Counted from the first letter of the stretch, positions 10,201 to 19,406 are shown. The stretch: 64,000 nt of DNA from Bacteriovoracia bacterium (GCA_050251055.1 JBFWNL010000002.1:416001-480000); one strand, 5' to 3'. Notes: a model not told the origin generated them from the letters alone. Numbers and translations are program-made.

Positions 10201-11568
10201 TTAGAAAGCCTCCATCAACAATAAACTCGGCGTTTCGATATAACGGATGAACGTCTTCATGAACTCGGCGCCGATCGCGCCGTCCACCACGCGGTGATCG
10301 AGCGAGATCGAGAAGTAAGTCCAATCGCGTACGACGACTTCCTCGCGGCCATTCACGAGCTTGGCGACGGGCTTGCGGAAGATCTTGTTGAAACCCAAGA
10401 TCGCCACTTCCGGATAGTTGATCACGGGCGTAGCAAACAAGCCGCCAATGGAACCCGCGTTCGTGAGCGTAATCGTCCCGCCGTGGAAATCTTCCACGGT
10501 GAGCTTCTTCGCGCGCGCGCGATCGACCAGATTTTGGATGTCGGCCGCGAGTTCGAGAATCGTCTTGTGCTCGACGTTCTTCACCACCGGGGCGGTGAGA
10601 CCGTCTTCGGTTTGGATCGAGAGGCCGATGTTGAAGTAGTGCTTGTAGACCAACTCTCCGGCTTCTTCATCCAAGCTGGAGTTGAGGATCGGGTATTGGC
10701 GAAGTGCCGCGACCATGGCCTTCATGATGAACGGCAGGTAGGTCACCTTCACGCCGCTCTTGGCGCCGATTTCCTTGGCCTGGTTGCGCAGGTTCACGAG
10801 CTCGGTCGCATCGGCTTCTTCCACGTAGGTGAAGTGCGCGGCCTTGTCCTTCGAGATGCGCATTTTTTCCGAGATCTTCTTGCGCAAGCCCTTGAACGCC
10901 ACCCGCTGTTCGCCGCCAGCGGGGAAATTGCGCTGACCCATGGGCACGGTGCCAGGCATGCTCATGCCGCCGGACATTCCAGCGCCCGAGCCACCACGCC
11001 CCGAATTCATAATGTCTTCTTTCATCACGCGACCGTGCGGGCCGGAGCCCGAAACACGCGAGATATCGACGCCCATCTCCCGCGCGAGCTTACGCGCCGA
11101 GGGAGCTGCGGCGACGTGTCCACCCCCGGTGGCGCCCGACGTCGCGCCCGCACCCGTAGAAGACGCCGCCATCGGGGCCGAAGCCGACGGGGAATGCCCG
11201 GACTTCGTGTGGCCATTGCCGCCGGCAGGAGCCGACGGGGCAGGAGCCTTGTTCGCCGACGCCGCGGGCGTGGACGGACTGGCCGTCGCGCCCGTAGCCT
11301 TGGCCGAGCTCTCGGCCGATTGAGTGGCCGTGCCGCCCGCCCCTTCATAAGTGATCAGGACTTGGCCGACATGCACCGTCGTGCCTTCCTTCGCGTTGAT
11401 CGCCGTGACCTTGCCGCTGAACGGGGCGGGGATTTCCACCGTGGCCTTATCGGTCATCACTTCGCAAATCGGCTGGTCGTCCTTCACCATGTCGCCGACC
11501 TTCACCTTCCAGCTGACCAATTCTCCTTCGTGAACGCCTTCACCCAGTTCTGGTAGTTTAAATTCCAT
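10201..11568 (-). CDS. dihydrolipoamide acyltransferase (E2) of a 2-oxoacid dehydrogenase
   Basis: lipoyl domain EVMTDKATVE, Ala/Ser/Pro linker, E3-binding GSGPHGRV, catalytic DHRVVDG; substrate specificity not determinable. Confidence 0.95.
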   Translation of the reverse strand: MEFKLPELGEGVHEGELVSWKVKVGDMVKDDQPICEVMTDKATVEIPAPFSGKVTAINAKEGTTVHVGQVLITYEGAGGTATQSAESSAKATGATASPSTPAASANKAPAPSAPAGGNGHTKSGHSPSASAPMAASSTGAGATSGATGGGHVAAAPSARKLAREMGVDISRVSGSGPHGRVMKEDIMNSGRGGSGAGMSGGMSMPGTVPMGQRNFPAGGEQRVAFKGLRKKISEKMRISKDKAAHFTYVEEADATELVNLRNQAKEIGAKSGVKVTYLPFIMKAMVAALRQYPILNSSLDEEAGELVYKHYFNIGLSIQTEDGLTAPVVKNVEHKTILELAADIQNLVDRARAKKLTVEDFHGGTITLTNAGSIGGLFATPVINYPEVAILGFNKIFRKPVAKLVNGREEVVVRDWTYFSISLDHRVVDGAIGAEFMKTFIRYIETPSLLLMEAF

Positions 11569-12622
11569 TTCGCGCTTCTCCTCCGGCCTTTGGTTCGGCC
11601 ATTTGACTGCGATGCTTACGGATAACTCCCTCAATAAAAAATTCGGCGGCTTTGTAGCTCGAGCGGACCATCGGCCCCCCGGCAATGTATAGAAAGCCCA
11701 AGTCCGCGGCGGCCGTCTTTAGCGACTCAAACTCTTCCGGCGACCAGTAACGTTCCACCGGCAGATGCGTCAGCGATGGCCGGAGGTACTGCCCGAGCGT
11801 TAACACGTCGACCTCGTGTTTGCGCAAATCACCCGCGGTTTGCAGGATTTCTTGCTCCGTCTCGCCAAAACCCATCATGATCGAGCTCTTGGTGTAGAGC
11901 GTGCGGCCAGTCGCGCGCGCGTAGTCCTTCGCGAGCTTCAGCGTAGCCATGGACTGCAAGTAGCCCGCCCGCGGATCGCGCACGCGGTAGTGCAGACGAC
12001 GTACGGTTTCGATATTATGCGCGTAAACGTCCAGGCCTGAGTCAACGATCGTGCGAATCGACGTCGCGTTGCCCCGGAAATCAGGCACGAGCGCTTCGAT
12101 GATCACGCCGGGTTGGCGGCGCTTGATTTCGCGGATCGTCTCGGCGAAGTGAGCGGCCCCGCCGTCGGCCAGGTCGTCGCGATCGACCGAAGTCAAAACC
12201 ACGTACTTCAAGTTCAAGGCGGCAACGCTCTCGGCGGTCTTGGCGGGCTCGAGCGGATCGAGCGGCGGGGGAATGCGCGCGGTCTTAATCGCGCAGAAAC
12301 GGCAAGCGCGCGTACAGGTGTCCCCACCCAACATGAAGGTTGCCGTGCCCCCGGCCCAGCATTCAGCCACGTTCGGACAGTGGGCCTCTTCGCAAACGGT
12401 GTGCAGGTTGCGCTCACGCAAAAGCTTCTTGATGCCGAGGTAGTTTTCGCCGCCAGGGGGCCGAATTTTCAGCCAACCCGGTTTGCGCACGGGCGCAACT
12501 TGGGCGGCCACCGAAGGGGCAAGGGGGCGCTCCATGTGCGTACGATCTTCCGCCGACGCCAAGACGTTTTCCGGCAGCTCTCGCCAGCCGTCTAAAACCG
12601 GTAATTCCCTGAAAATGGCCAT
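11558..12622 (-). CDS. lipA: lipoyl synthase
   Basis: CEEAHCPNVAEC, CTRACRFC, VRSSY. Confidence 0.97.
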   Translation of the reverse strand: MAIFRELPVLDGWRELPENVLASAEDRTHMERPLAPSVAAQVAPVRKPGWLKIRPPGGENYLGIKKLLRERNLHTVCEEAHCPNVAECWAGGTATFMLGGDTCTRACRFCAIKTARIPPPLDPLEPAKTAESVAALNLKYVVLTSVDRDDLADGGAAHFAETIREIKRRQPGVIIEALVPDFRGNATSIRTIVDSGLDVYAHNIETVRRLHYRVRDPRAGYLQSMATLKLAKDYARATGRTLYTKSSIMMGFGETEQEILQTAGDLRKHEVDVLTLGQYLRPSLTHLPVERYWSPEEFESLKTAAADLGFLYIAGGPMVRSSYKAAEFFIEGVIRKHRSQMAEPKAGGEARNGI

Positions 12623-12699
12623 GAAATCTGAGTTTGGTTATTTCAGATGACGCGGCGAAATGCAACGCTCGCTTACCGCCCTGGGGAGCGGAAGGGCAC

Positions 12700-12924
12700 C
12701 TACCAAGGCCCTTGGCCGGGATACATCGTGTTGCCTGTCCGGGGTGCGCAGTAGCAATGACGACACCCATCCTTCATTTCGCAGACCTGCTCGACGTTCG
12801 GGCCAATACAGGTAGCCGGGCTGTGATCTATACAAGCCCCGCGGCTCGACGAAGCCGTGCCAGAAGAATGCGCACATGCCCCAAGTAGAAGGAGAACGAG
12901 CGATAGCGCGCGCAAAGGGTTCAT
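12700..12924 (-). CDS. small cysteine-rich lipoprotein
   Basis: lipobox LLGAC; six further Cys in a short mature region. Confidence 0.65.
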   Translation of the reverse strand: MNPLRALSLVLLLLGACAHSSGTASSSRGACIDHSPATCIGPNVEQVCEMKDGCRHCYCAPRTGNTMYPGQGPW

Positions 12925-12957
12925 GGGTTCAAATTTACGTAAAAGGACGCGGGACGC

Positions 12958-13052
12958 CAGAAAGAAATTGGCCCTAGGTTTCCCTAGGGCCAATTTCATT
13001 GAGAGAGAGAGGAGAGTAGTTATGAGAGTGGTCAGTTTCCTTACCGACGCGA
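12958..13052 (-). ncRNA. candidate sigma54-dependent small RNA with CU-rich tract
   Basis: lies between a GG-N10-GC promoter and a perfect terminator; no plausible ORF; ends approximate. Confidence 0.55.
12964..12997 (-). terminator. intrinsic terminator
   Basis: perfect 15-bp stem GAAATTGGCCCTAGG/CCTAGGGCCAATTTC, GAAA loop and T-rich tail on the minus strand. Confidence 0.8.
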
Positions 13053-13063
13053 TCCGCCTTATT

Positions 13064-13078
13064 GCGATTTCAATGCCA
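13064..13078 (-). promoter_or_regulatory. sigma54 -24/-12 promoter
   Basis: minus strand TGGCATTGAAATCGC (GG-N10-GC), preceded by an AT-rich tract. Confidence 0.6.
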
Positions 13079-13282
13079 ATCCGACTGAATAAATCAAATA
13101 CTAAAAATTTTATTCCTTTGTATTTTTAGATAGTTAAAAAACAAAAAGCAGAGTCATAACGCACCACATTAAAAGTCCGACAAAACGAGTCAGTTTGCCT
13201 CCGAAAGCGACAATTTGGGGCGCCCTTCTCACGTCACTCGTCGACGACTTGGCCAGGATCACTTTGTCCCTCACCCTGGGCT

Positions 13283-13408
13283 ACTGCCCCCTCATTGAAA
13301 AAAAAACTCTGTCGGAGGGGGCATCCGCGGGCCACGAGGGCGCTGAGCGGTTGAGGCCAGGACGGCCGTCCCCCTCCGACAGAGTTTTTTTTTCAATGAG
13401 GGGGCAGT
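13283..13408. repeat. 126-bp palindromic/MITE-like element with 39-bp perfect inverted repeats
   Basis: 13283-13321 is the exact reverse complement of 13370-13408; 48-nt GC-rich interior. Confidence 0.85.
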
Positions 13409-13451
13409 CGAAAACTTGTTGGGTGCTGACTCAAGAGCAGGGAGTGTTTTT

Positions 13452-13482
13452 CCCCCTGCCTACCGTCTTGGTAAGCAGGGGG
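13452..13482 (-). terminator. stem-loop in the 3' region of the 13571-14221 gene
   Basis: 13-bp stem; its single irregular pair is a G-U wobble only on the minus strand; no U tail. Confidence 0.5.
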
Positions 13483-13570
13483 TGAGAGTTGAGAGAGAGA
13501 GGAGAGAGTGCCTCCTACGTGCGAGGCGGGAGAGAGAAACTTTCGATCGGCCGGGCGCCGGCTGGGCGCC

Positions 13571-14221
13571 CTAGTAAGCTGAAGACGCTCGCGGTGCACC
13601 CGACGTTTCCGCCGGCAGACCTTCGCTATCGTTCATGTAATAAAAATTACCGACCAAATCTTGGGTGTCGCTGTAGTAGTGGCCCTGGTTGAGCGCGGTC
13701 AGCATCTGACCTATGTACGAGTTCGAAGGCCAGCCTTTCCACATCGAGAAGGTCGGCGTCACTTCGAACGTGCCACTTTGCATGAGCGGAGTATTGCCGC
13801 TGAGCCACGCGAACGGGCCTTCGGCTTTCACCTGTAACGTGTTTGGAACGAGATCGTGCTGTTCGCCCAGCTCACGATCGAGCATTTCCTTAGGCGGCGG
13901 CGTGGTGGCCGCCAGGGACGAAGGCCGATAGCTTGTTTGCGCCACTTTTTGGGCGGGAGCGGAGACTCGCTCGGCGGCGGAAAGCGAAGCCAAGGCAAAC
14001 CCGGATTTATGGGCCACTGGTTTAGCGCCGGTTTGCACGGATTCGATCAGTTCAAGCGAGGAACGATAAGTAGGCTTGAGTGACGGGACGGAGGCGGGAG
14101 TCGGGGCGCCGATCACGCCTCCGCTGTGCAGCAGGCCCGCGATCACCACTCCGAGAGTGCCGATTTGCGGCGGGCTTTTACGCAAGATTTTTTTCCGGTC
14201 TGCTTTCACTGCGTACTCCAC
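13571..14221 (-). CDS. hypothetical exported protein
   Basis: 216-aa ORF with basic then hydrophobic N-terminus; sigma54 promoter upstream; start uncertain. Confidence 0.6.
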   Translation of the reverse strand: MEYAVKADRKKILRKSPPQIGTLGVVIAGLLHSGGVIGAPTPASVPSLKPTYRSSLELIESVQTGAKPVAHKSGFALASLSAAERVSAPAQKVAQTSYRPSSLAATTPPPKEMLDRELGEQHDLVPNTLQVKAEGPFAWLSGNTPLMQSGTFEVTPTFSMWKGWPSNSYIGQMLTALNQGHYYSDTQDLVGNFYYMNDSEGLPAETSGAPRASSAY

Positions 14222-14318
14222 TTCGAACCACTTCCGGTTGCTTTCGCAACCGATCGGTACCCACGCTCGCTACATCGTTTGGTTATCGGTACCGTCGACA
14301 ACCGCTGCCGCCCTTAGA

Positions 14319-14333
14319 GCAACCGACGTGCCA
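14319..14333 (-). promoter_or_regulatory. sigma54 -24/-12 promoter
   Basis: minus strand TGGCACGTCGGTTGC matches consensus TGGCAC-N5-TTGC. Confidence 0.75.
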
Positions 14334-14516
14334 GGAGCCAGGAAAAGCCCACAAACCCCAACCCCCACACAACCTCCTGTAACGCATAGAGCCAAATCGC
14401 CCCTCCCACGCCTAACCCCCCGTACCTACTGCCTATTTTTTTGACAGGTGGACAGGCCCATTATGCTTTGCAACAATCAATAGACGGGGAAAAGTCAAAG
14501 GGGATTACTACCGCTC

Positions 14517-16691
14517 ATGCGCCCAAGACGACGTCGTTCGGTAAAAACCAAAGGCCAAGTCTCCATCATGGTCGCCATGATGCTGACCACCTTTTTCCTC
14601 TTCTTTCTCTTCGTCGTGCACACGGGGCTTCTGATCAACGCCAAGATCAATCTGCAAAACGCGGCGGACATGGCGGCGTACTCGGGCGCGGCGAGCCAGG
14701 CGCGCATCCTCAATCAGATTGGTATTTTAAATTACGAGATGCGCCGACAGTTCAAGAAGTTCCTCTTCCGCTACTACGTCGTCGGGAACATGTCGCAAAC
14801 TTCGCACACGGTCGAAAGCCAAAGCGGTCAGGGAAATCGCAGTTGGGCGCCGAACGCGGACGAACCCGGGAAAACCTACCGGGTGCCCGCGGTGTGCATG
14901 ATCTACAATCTACGGGACAACTTCTGCAAACAGGTGGCACTGGAAAAACTGGCGGTGGTGCCCGTTAATCCACTGGACGGGTTGAGCGCGACCTTGAACG
15001 CGGCCGGCAAGGCGATCGAATCCGCGCGCCAGAACAACTGCTTCAAAATCGCGTGGGCGAATTTCCAAACCCTGAATCTGTGGCTCTACAATACGGACCC
15101 CACCCTCCAAGGCGTGATCGCCTCGATGCGGGCCATGGCGGCCCAGAGCAACAACCAGGGCGCTCAGATCATCGCGAACTCGGTCCAGGGCATCCAGGCC
15201 GTGGCGCAAGGGATCGGGCTCGTGCCTCGCCAGGTGATTCTGATCGAACGCATCCGCACCTTGCAAAAGTACGCGAACTTCGCGGCTCAGCTCGGCCTGG
15301 ACTCCGAAGGCGTCGAGGCGCTGCAGAACTCGGGTGAGGCGCCCATGCGCGAGCGCCCAATCCAAGCCTACCTCTCGGCGTACAACACTTTGGGCGAGCA
15401 CACCTTTCCGGGTGGCGACATCAAGCTCGACGAACTCATGCCTTCGGGGGGACTCGACGGCAGCGCCGACGTGTTGAAGCTCAAAACGCTCACTTCCGAC
15501 TTCGAAACCTATTTCGTGGGTTACCCGAACATCCAGGGCGGAAACTATCCCAGCGCCACCGCCGCGATTGACCCGGAAAATAATCCGCGCGGATGCGAGG
15601 CCAGCCCGATCCCCATGCAGATTCGAGGCTTGCCCGTGGGCGTGGAAAAGGATCCCTCGAGCCTCACGTACTACGCGGTGAGGCTGCGCGCGAAGGCCAA
15701 GCTCCTGGGCGCTTTCGGAACCGCGCTCGGCACCGTCGATCTCGAAGCCTATTCCGCCGCCCAACCCTTCGGCAGCCGCATCGGCCCCCAGGCAGACAGC
15801 CCGCTCGTTTCGGCCGGCTCCACCGCCTTCGTCAACCCCAACGGGATTCCGCAAAATCCGAACAATCCGGGGCAGATCCTATGCGCCGCGGGCGCCTGTA
15901 GCGGGACGCCCAATCTTCCGGTCTCGAAGGGCGACAACTTCGTCAACGGTTGGAACCAAAACCTCGTGATCAAGAACATGTTCGGCGAGTTCAGCGAATC
16001 GGGGGGGAGCCCCGGCGCCGACGGCGCGCCGATTCGCGCCAGCATGATGGGCCGCGCCCTGCATTCGGCCATGGCCCCTAACCCCGTCGAAGCCGGCAAA
16101 TACAACATCTTATATGAGGAAGACGTACCGCCAAACGACGCCGACCGGCACGAAACGGCGGGCGACCCTTTCGAGCGATACTTCGACGACCAGCTCGTCC
16201 ACGAATTCTGGGCGCCGGTCGTACCGGCCGACAATGTCAGCGGCGCCGATCCTTCCCGCAGCATCCAAGAGATGATCGCGAACTCGTCGGGCGGGGCCCC
16301 CGAGTTCAAGGAAGAGTTGGCGCGCCAGATCGTGACTTACATCGGTAAGCTTCGACAGTGCCAGGGCGAGGACATCGTTCCCGGGGTCAAGGAATGCTTC
16401 AATATCGCCCAGATCAGTGACCCACTGCGACGAAAAGAGGGCACGGTCACCCCGGTCACCATGGGCGACGGCGTACTCATGCGGGGAGAAGCCAACTTCA
16501 AGACCGGATGGGCGGATGTTCGCGACGGGAACATCATGAACCGTCGGCGCGGGGGATACAGCGTCAAGTTCGTCAACTTCGGAACGCTCTTGAACCCCCG
16601 GGGCCTGACGAGCAACGGCGAAGAAGGCTGGGCGAACGTCCCCCAAGCACCGTCGGACGCGACCGACGCCTTCAATAGCATCAAGCACTAG
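14517..16691 (+). CDS. Tad/Flp pilus-associated TadG-like protein
   Basis: KG|QVSIMV prepilin-like N-terminus, TM helix, LQNAADMAAYSGA Tad motif; TTGACA at 14441. Confidence 0.8.
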   Translation: MRPRRRRSVKTKGQVSIMVAMMLTTFFLFFLFVVHTGLLINAKINLQNAADMAAYSGAASQARILNQIGILNYEMRRQFKKFLFRYYVVGNMSQTSHTVESQSGQGNRSWAPNADEPGKTYRVPAVCMIYNLRDNFCKQVALEKLAVVPVNPLDGLSATLNAAGKAIESARQNNCFKIAWANFQTLNLWLYNTDPTLQGVIASMRAMAAQSNNQGAQIIANSVQGIQAVAQGIGLVPRQVILIERIRTLQKYANFAAQLGLDSEGVEALQNSGEAPMRERPIQAYLSAYNTLGEHTFPGGDIKLDELMPSGGLDGSADVLKLKTLTSDFETYFVGYPNIQGGNYPSATAAIDPENNPRGCEASPIPMQIRGLPVGVEKDPSSLTYYAVRLRAKAKLLGAFGTALGTVDLEAYSAAQPFGSRIGPQADSPLVSAGSTAFVNPNGIPQNPNNPGQILCAAGACSGTPNLPVSKGDNFVNGWNQNLVIKNMFGEFSESGGSPGADGAPIRASMMGRALHSAMAPNPVEAGKYNILYEEDVPPNDADRHETAGDPFERYFDDQLVHEFWAPVVPADNVSGADPSRSIQEMIANSSGGAPEFKEELARQIVTYIGKLRQCQGEDIVPGVKECFNIAQISDPLRRKEGTVTPVTMGDGVLMRGEANFKTGWADVRDGNIMNRRRGGYSVKFVNFGTLLNPRGLTSNGEEGWANVPQAPSDATDAFNSIKH

Positions 16692-16711
16692 TTCAGTCCG
16701 TTATCTCACTA

Positions 16712-16739
16712 TTGCCAAGCGTGATCGATTGGGCATAAT
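16712..16739 (+). promoter_or_regulatory. sigma70-type promoter
   Basis: TTGCCA-N16-CATAAT upstream of RBS AAGGAG and ATG 16780. Confidence 0.5.
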
Positions 16740-16779
16740 TCTATCCCTCAACCCAATCATTCATTTCCAAGGAGCGCGC

Positions 16780-17307
16780 ATGGCGAAGAAAAAGAAGAAA
16801 CCCGCGAAGAAGAAGAGCAAACCGGCGAAGAAAGCGACCGGGAAAAAAGGAGCGAAGAAGAAGGCCCCGGCCAAAAAGAGCGCGAAAAAAAGCGCTAAGA
16901 AAGCCGCCAAAAAGAGCGCCGCGAAAAAATCCAAGAAACCCGCTAAGAAGGCCGCAAAAAAAACCGCGAAGAAAACCACGGCCACCCACGTCGCTCGCGC
17001 CGCATCCGCCGCGCGACCAGCCATGGGATCAATGACGGAAAACACGACTCACGCTGGAGCCTCGATCTCGCATCCGGCCGATATGTCGACCGGCCGCATT
17101 TACCAGGATCACGGTGACGAGCACGAAAACGATCCTGAACAGGAAATGTACGGCCAGGGCCATGACGACGAGGACGAAGACGGCGAACCTTCGCACATCA
17201 TGAAGCCCGTTTCGAGCGAAGAGGACGAGGAAGACGAGAACGAAGAGCTCTCGGAGAAGACCTTCCAGAAGTTCCGCCACGAAGAGGAAGAAGAAGAAAA
17301 CGAGTAG
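16780..17307 (+). CDS. histone H1-like Lys/Ala-rich protein with acidic C-terminus
   Basis: AKK/PAKK repeats in the N-terminal part; D/E runs at the C-terminus; RBS AAGGAG. Confidence 0.8.
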   Translation: MAKKKKKPAKKKSKPAKKATGKKGAKKKAPAKKSAKKSAKKAAKKSAAKKSKKPAKKAAKKTAKKTTATHVARAASAARPAMGSMTENTTHAGASISHPADMSTGRIYQDHGDEHENDPEQEMYGQGHDDEDEDGEPSHIMKPVSSEEDEEDENEELSEKTFQKFRHEEEEEENE

Positions 17308-17330
17308 TTTTTTCGGCGGAGACGCTGGCC

Positions 17331-18638
17331 TTGGAAATTCGAGACATCATCCACGGGGCTGTAGTGGTCGAGCCCCATGAGCTTGGCACCTTAGATTCGA
17401 AATACTTCCAGCGTCTCCGCCACATCAAACAGATGGGGTTTTCGGAGTTCTCCTACCCCAGCGCCACCCACAGCCGCTACGTCCACTCCCTGGGGGCCAT
17501 GTTCACGGCCTCCAAGGTATTCGATTCCATCTTTCATCCCTACCCTACTCCCGGATTCACGCGCTTCCGCGCGATCGCGCGCCTGGCCGCGCTCCTACAT
17601 GACGTCGGGCACGGCCCGCTTTCGCACACGACCGAGATGGCCATGCCCCCGGTTTCCGCGCTGCAAGTGCCCGGACGCAAAAGCGGCAAGGCCGATCGCC
17701 AGGCGACCCACGAAGACTACACGCTGAAGATCATCTTGGACTCGGGGCTGACGCCGATTCTCAACGCAGCCGGAAAGTCCTTCGGATTCGACGCCCGCCA
17801 CATCGCCGCCCTCATCGATCCAACACTGGAAATCAAAGACGCCTTCTTCCTGGAAAAGAAGGTCGACTACCGGCCCGTACTCCAGCAGATCATCTCCAGC
17901 GAGCTCGACGCCGACCGCATGGACTACCTCCGGCGCGACAGTTTGCATGCCGGCGTAAGCTACGGCGAGTTCGATTTCGATTGGATCGTGGCGAATCTCA
18001 CTCATTACACGTCCAATGGACGTTGCTACCTGGCGCTCCAGCATCGGGCGCTCTACGCCTTCGAGGACTTCTTGATCTCGCGGTACCACATGTTCCTGAT
18101 GGTGTATTACCACCACAAAAGCGTGATCTTCGATGAGATGCTGCGCCAGTATTTCGAAAGCCGAGATTGCGATTACCGGCTCCCTTCCGACATCGAAACT
18201 TACTGCGACTATAATGACGCCCATCTGACCGCCCACCTGGGGGGAAGCCGAAACCCATGGGCGCGGCGAATCAGCGACAACCAGCCCTACCGGTTACTAC
18301 TGGAGCTGCATAGCGGAATTCCCGCGACGGAAGTGGCCACGCGCGAACAGCAGAAGCTACTTGAGAAAACGCGGCGCGAGCTCAAGGAAAAAGAGATCCA
18401 TTTCATTTCGCCGACGTCCACGGGCGAGCTTTCGAAGTATTTCCGCAAGCCGGGCGATCCCATCTACGTGCGGTACGACAACCTCTACAGCGCGCCGAGC
18501 TTCATCCCGCTCGCCAAGTGCACGGATCTGTTCCAGCGCTATCAAGAAAAACGATCCATCACTCGCGTTTACGTGTCGCCGGAGGACCTCAAGCGTTGCC
18601 GTCGCGACGGGCGCACGCCGCCGCTCTTTGTGGATTAA
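17331..18638 (+). CDS. HD-domain phosphohydrolase (YwfO/SAMHD1-like dNTPase family)
   Basis: FQRLRHIKQ, HSRYVHSLG, LLHDVGHGPLSH, HE, DADRMDYLRRD, VYYH. Confidence 0.9.
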   Translation: MEIRDIIHGAVVVEPHELGTLDSKYFQRLRHIKQMGFSEFSYPSATHSRYVHSLGAMFTASKVFDSIFHPYPTPGFTRFRAIARLAALLHDVGHGPLSHTTEMAMPPVSALQVPGRKSGKADRQATHEDYTLKIILDSGLTPILNAAGKSFGFDARHIAALIDPTLEIKDAFFLEKKVDYRPVLQQIISSELDADRMDYLRRDSLHAGVSYGEFDFDWIVANLTHYTSNGRCYLALQHRALYAFEDFLISRYHMFLMVYYHHKSVIFDEMLRQYFESRDCDYRLPSDIETYCDYNDAHLTAHLGGSRNPWARRISDNQPYRLLLELHSGIPATEVATREQQKLLEKTRRELKEKEIHFISPTSTGELSKYFRKPGDPIYVRYDNLYSAPSFIPLAKCTDLFQRYQEKRSITRVYVSPEDLKRCRRDGRTPPLFVD

Positions 18639-19348
18639 GGTGGGCGACGAGCGGGGAGCTCAAAAACCTCGTCCGTCAACGCCGAGGCGGGAATCACCTG
18701 CATCTCCAGGTCCCGGTTCCCCACCCGGTAGTGGAAATAAAACGGCTGATTGACCCGATCGGGGTGGAGATTCAGATCGACGCCTTGCGCGCGTAACATC
18801 CCCCGAATGATCCCTTGATCGGCCGTGACGAATCGAGGCACTGCGCCGGGCTGGCGCTCCGCAAACAAGATATCGCAGATAATCTCCCGATCGGCGTCGC
18901 CGCTGGCCCCGCCGACGGCATGCCGCTCGAGCATCGTACGCACCTCTAGGTACGCGGGCTGGGACCGTACCGCGGGATTGAGCTTCAGGCCACGCACTCG
19001 CACGGGAATATCTTGGCCCACCCCAATTTCCGAAAGCTCCTCGGCCGCCGTACGATCCGTGACGCGTAGATCGCTTCGGTGAATATCCGACAACCCATTT
19101 AACGCTTTGGCCGTAGTCTGCTGCCCCTCGTGAATGGGGCGCCCATATTGATCACGGAGTACGGCGGTGATCACGTTCGAATCGACGATAAGATTGCGTT
19201 GGCCGAGGGGAGGATGGTCCAAGTGGTAGAGCTGGGATGGGGGCTGCATGCTCAGCTGAAGCATCCTTTCACGTACGCACTCGGGAATGCCGCCCGCGTG
19301 CGCCGCCAAACTCACAAACCCAGGTAATAAAAAAATCCAAGTCAGCAT
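18635..19348 (-). CDS. exported protein with PIN-like nuclease motifs
   Basis: signal peptide ending AHA; LIVDSNV, AAEEL, DADREI, FVTAD in PIN order. Confidence 0.6.
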   Translation of the reverse strand: MLTWIFLLPGFVSLAAHAGGIPECVRERMLQLSMQPPSQLYHLDHPPLGQRNLIVDSNVITAVLRDQYGRPIHEGQQTTAKALNGLSDIHRSDLRVTDRTAAEELSEIGVGQDIPVRVRGLKLNPAVRSQPAYLEVRTMLERHAVGGASGDADREIICDILFAERQPGAVPRFVTADQGIIRGMLRAQGVDLNLHPDRVNQPFYFHYRVGNRDLEMQVIPASALTDEVFELPARRPP

Positions 19349-19406
19349 AGTTTCCTACGCTTAACTCTTCGGAAGAAAAAAGGACTTCTCAATAAACGTC
19401 AATATC

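Noticed and set aside
10294-11556. Long antisense ORFs (e.g. 420 aa opposite E2; also 47988-49106 and 14910-15854)
   Set aside because: Shadow ORFs expected from high-GC codon bias opposite well-supported genes.
7911-12622. 2-oxoacid dehydrogenase cluster lacking E1 genes as a novel pathway
   Set aside because: Split E1 versus E2/E3/lip loci are not unusual; E1 genes are probably elsewhere.
13195-13485. 96-aa ORF and other small ORFs in the 12.9-13.6 kb interval
   Set aside because: They run through the palindromic element and GA tracts, with no RBS or protein-like features.
16780-16980. Short tandem AAG/GCG-rich repeats as a possible CRISPR or satellite
   Set aside because: They are codons of the AKK repeats in the histone-like CDS; no constant repeat-spacer pattern.
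17331-19348. HD dNTPase plus PIN as an anti-phage defence pair
   Set aside because: The genes are convergent, the PIN-like protein is exported, and the HD protein resembles the widespread housekeeping type.
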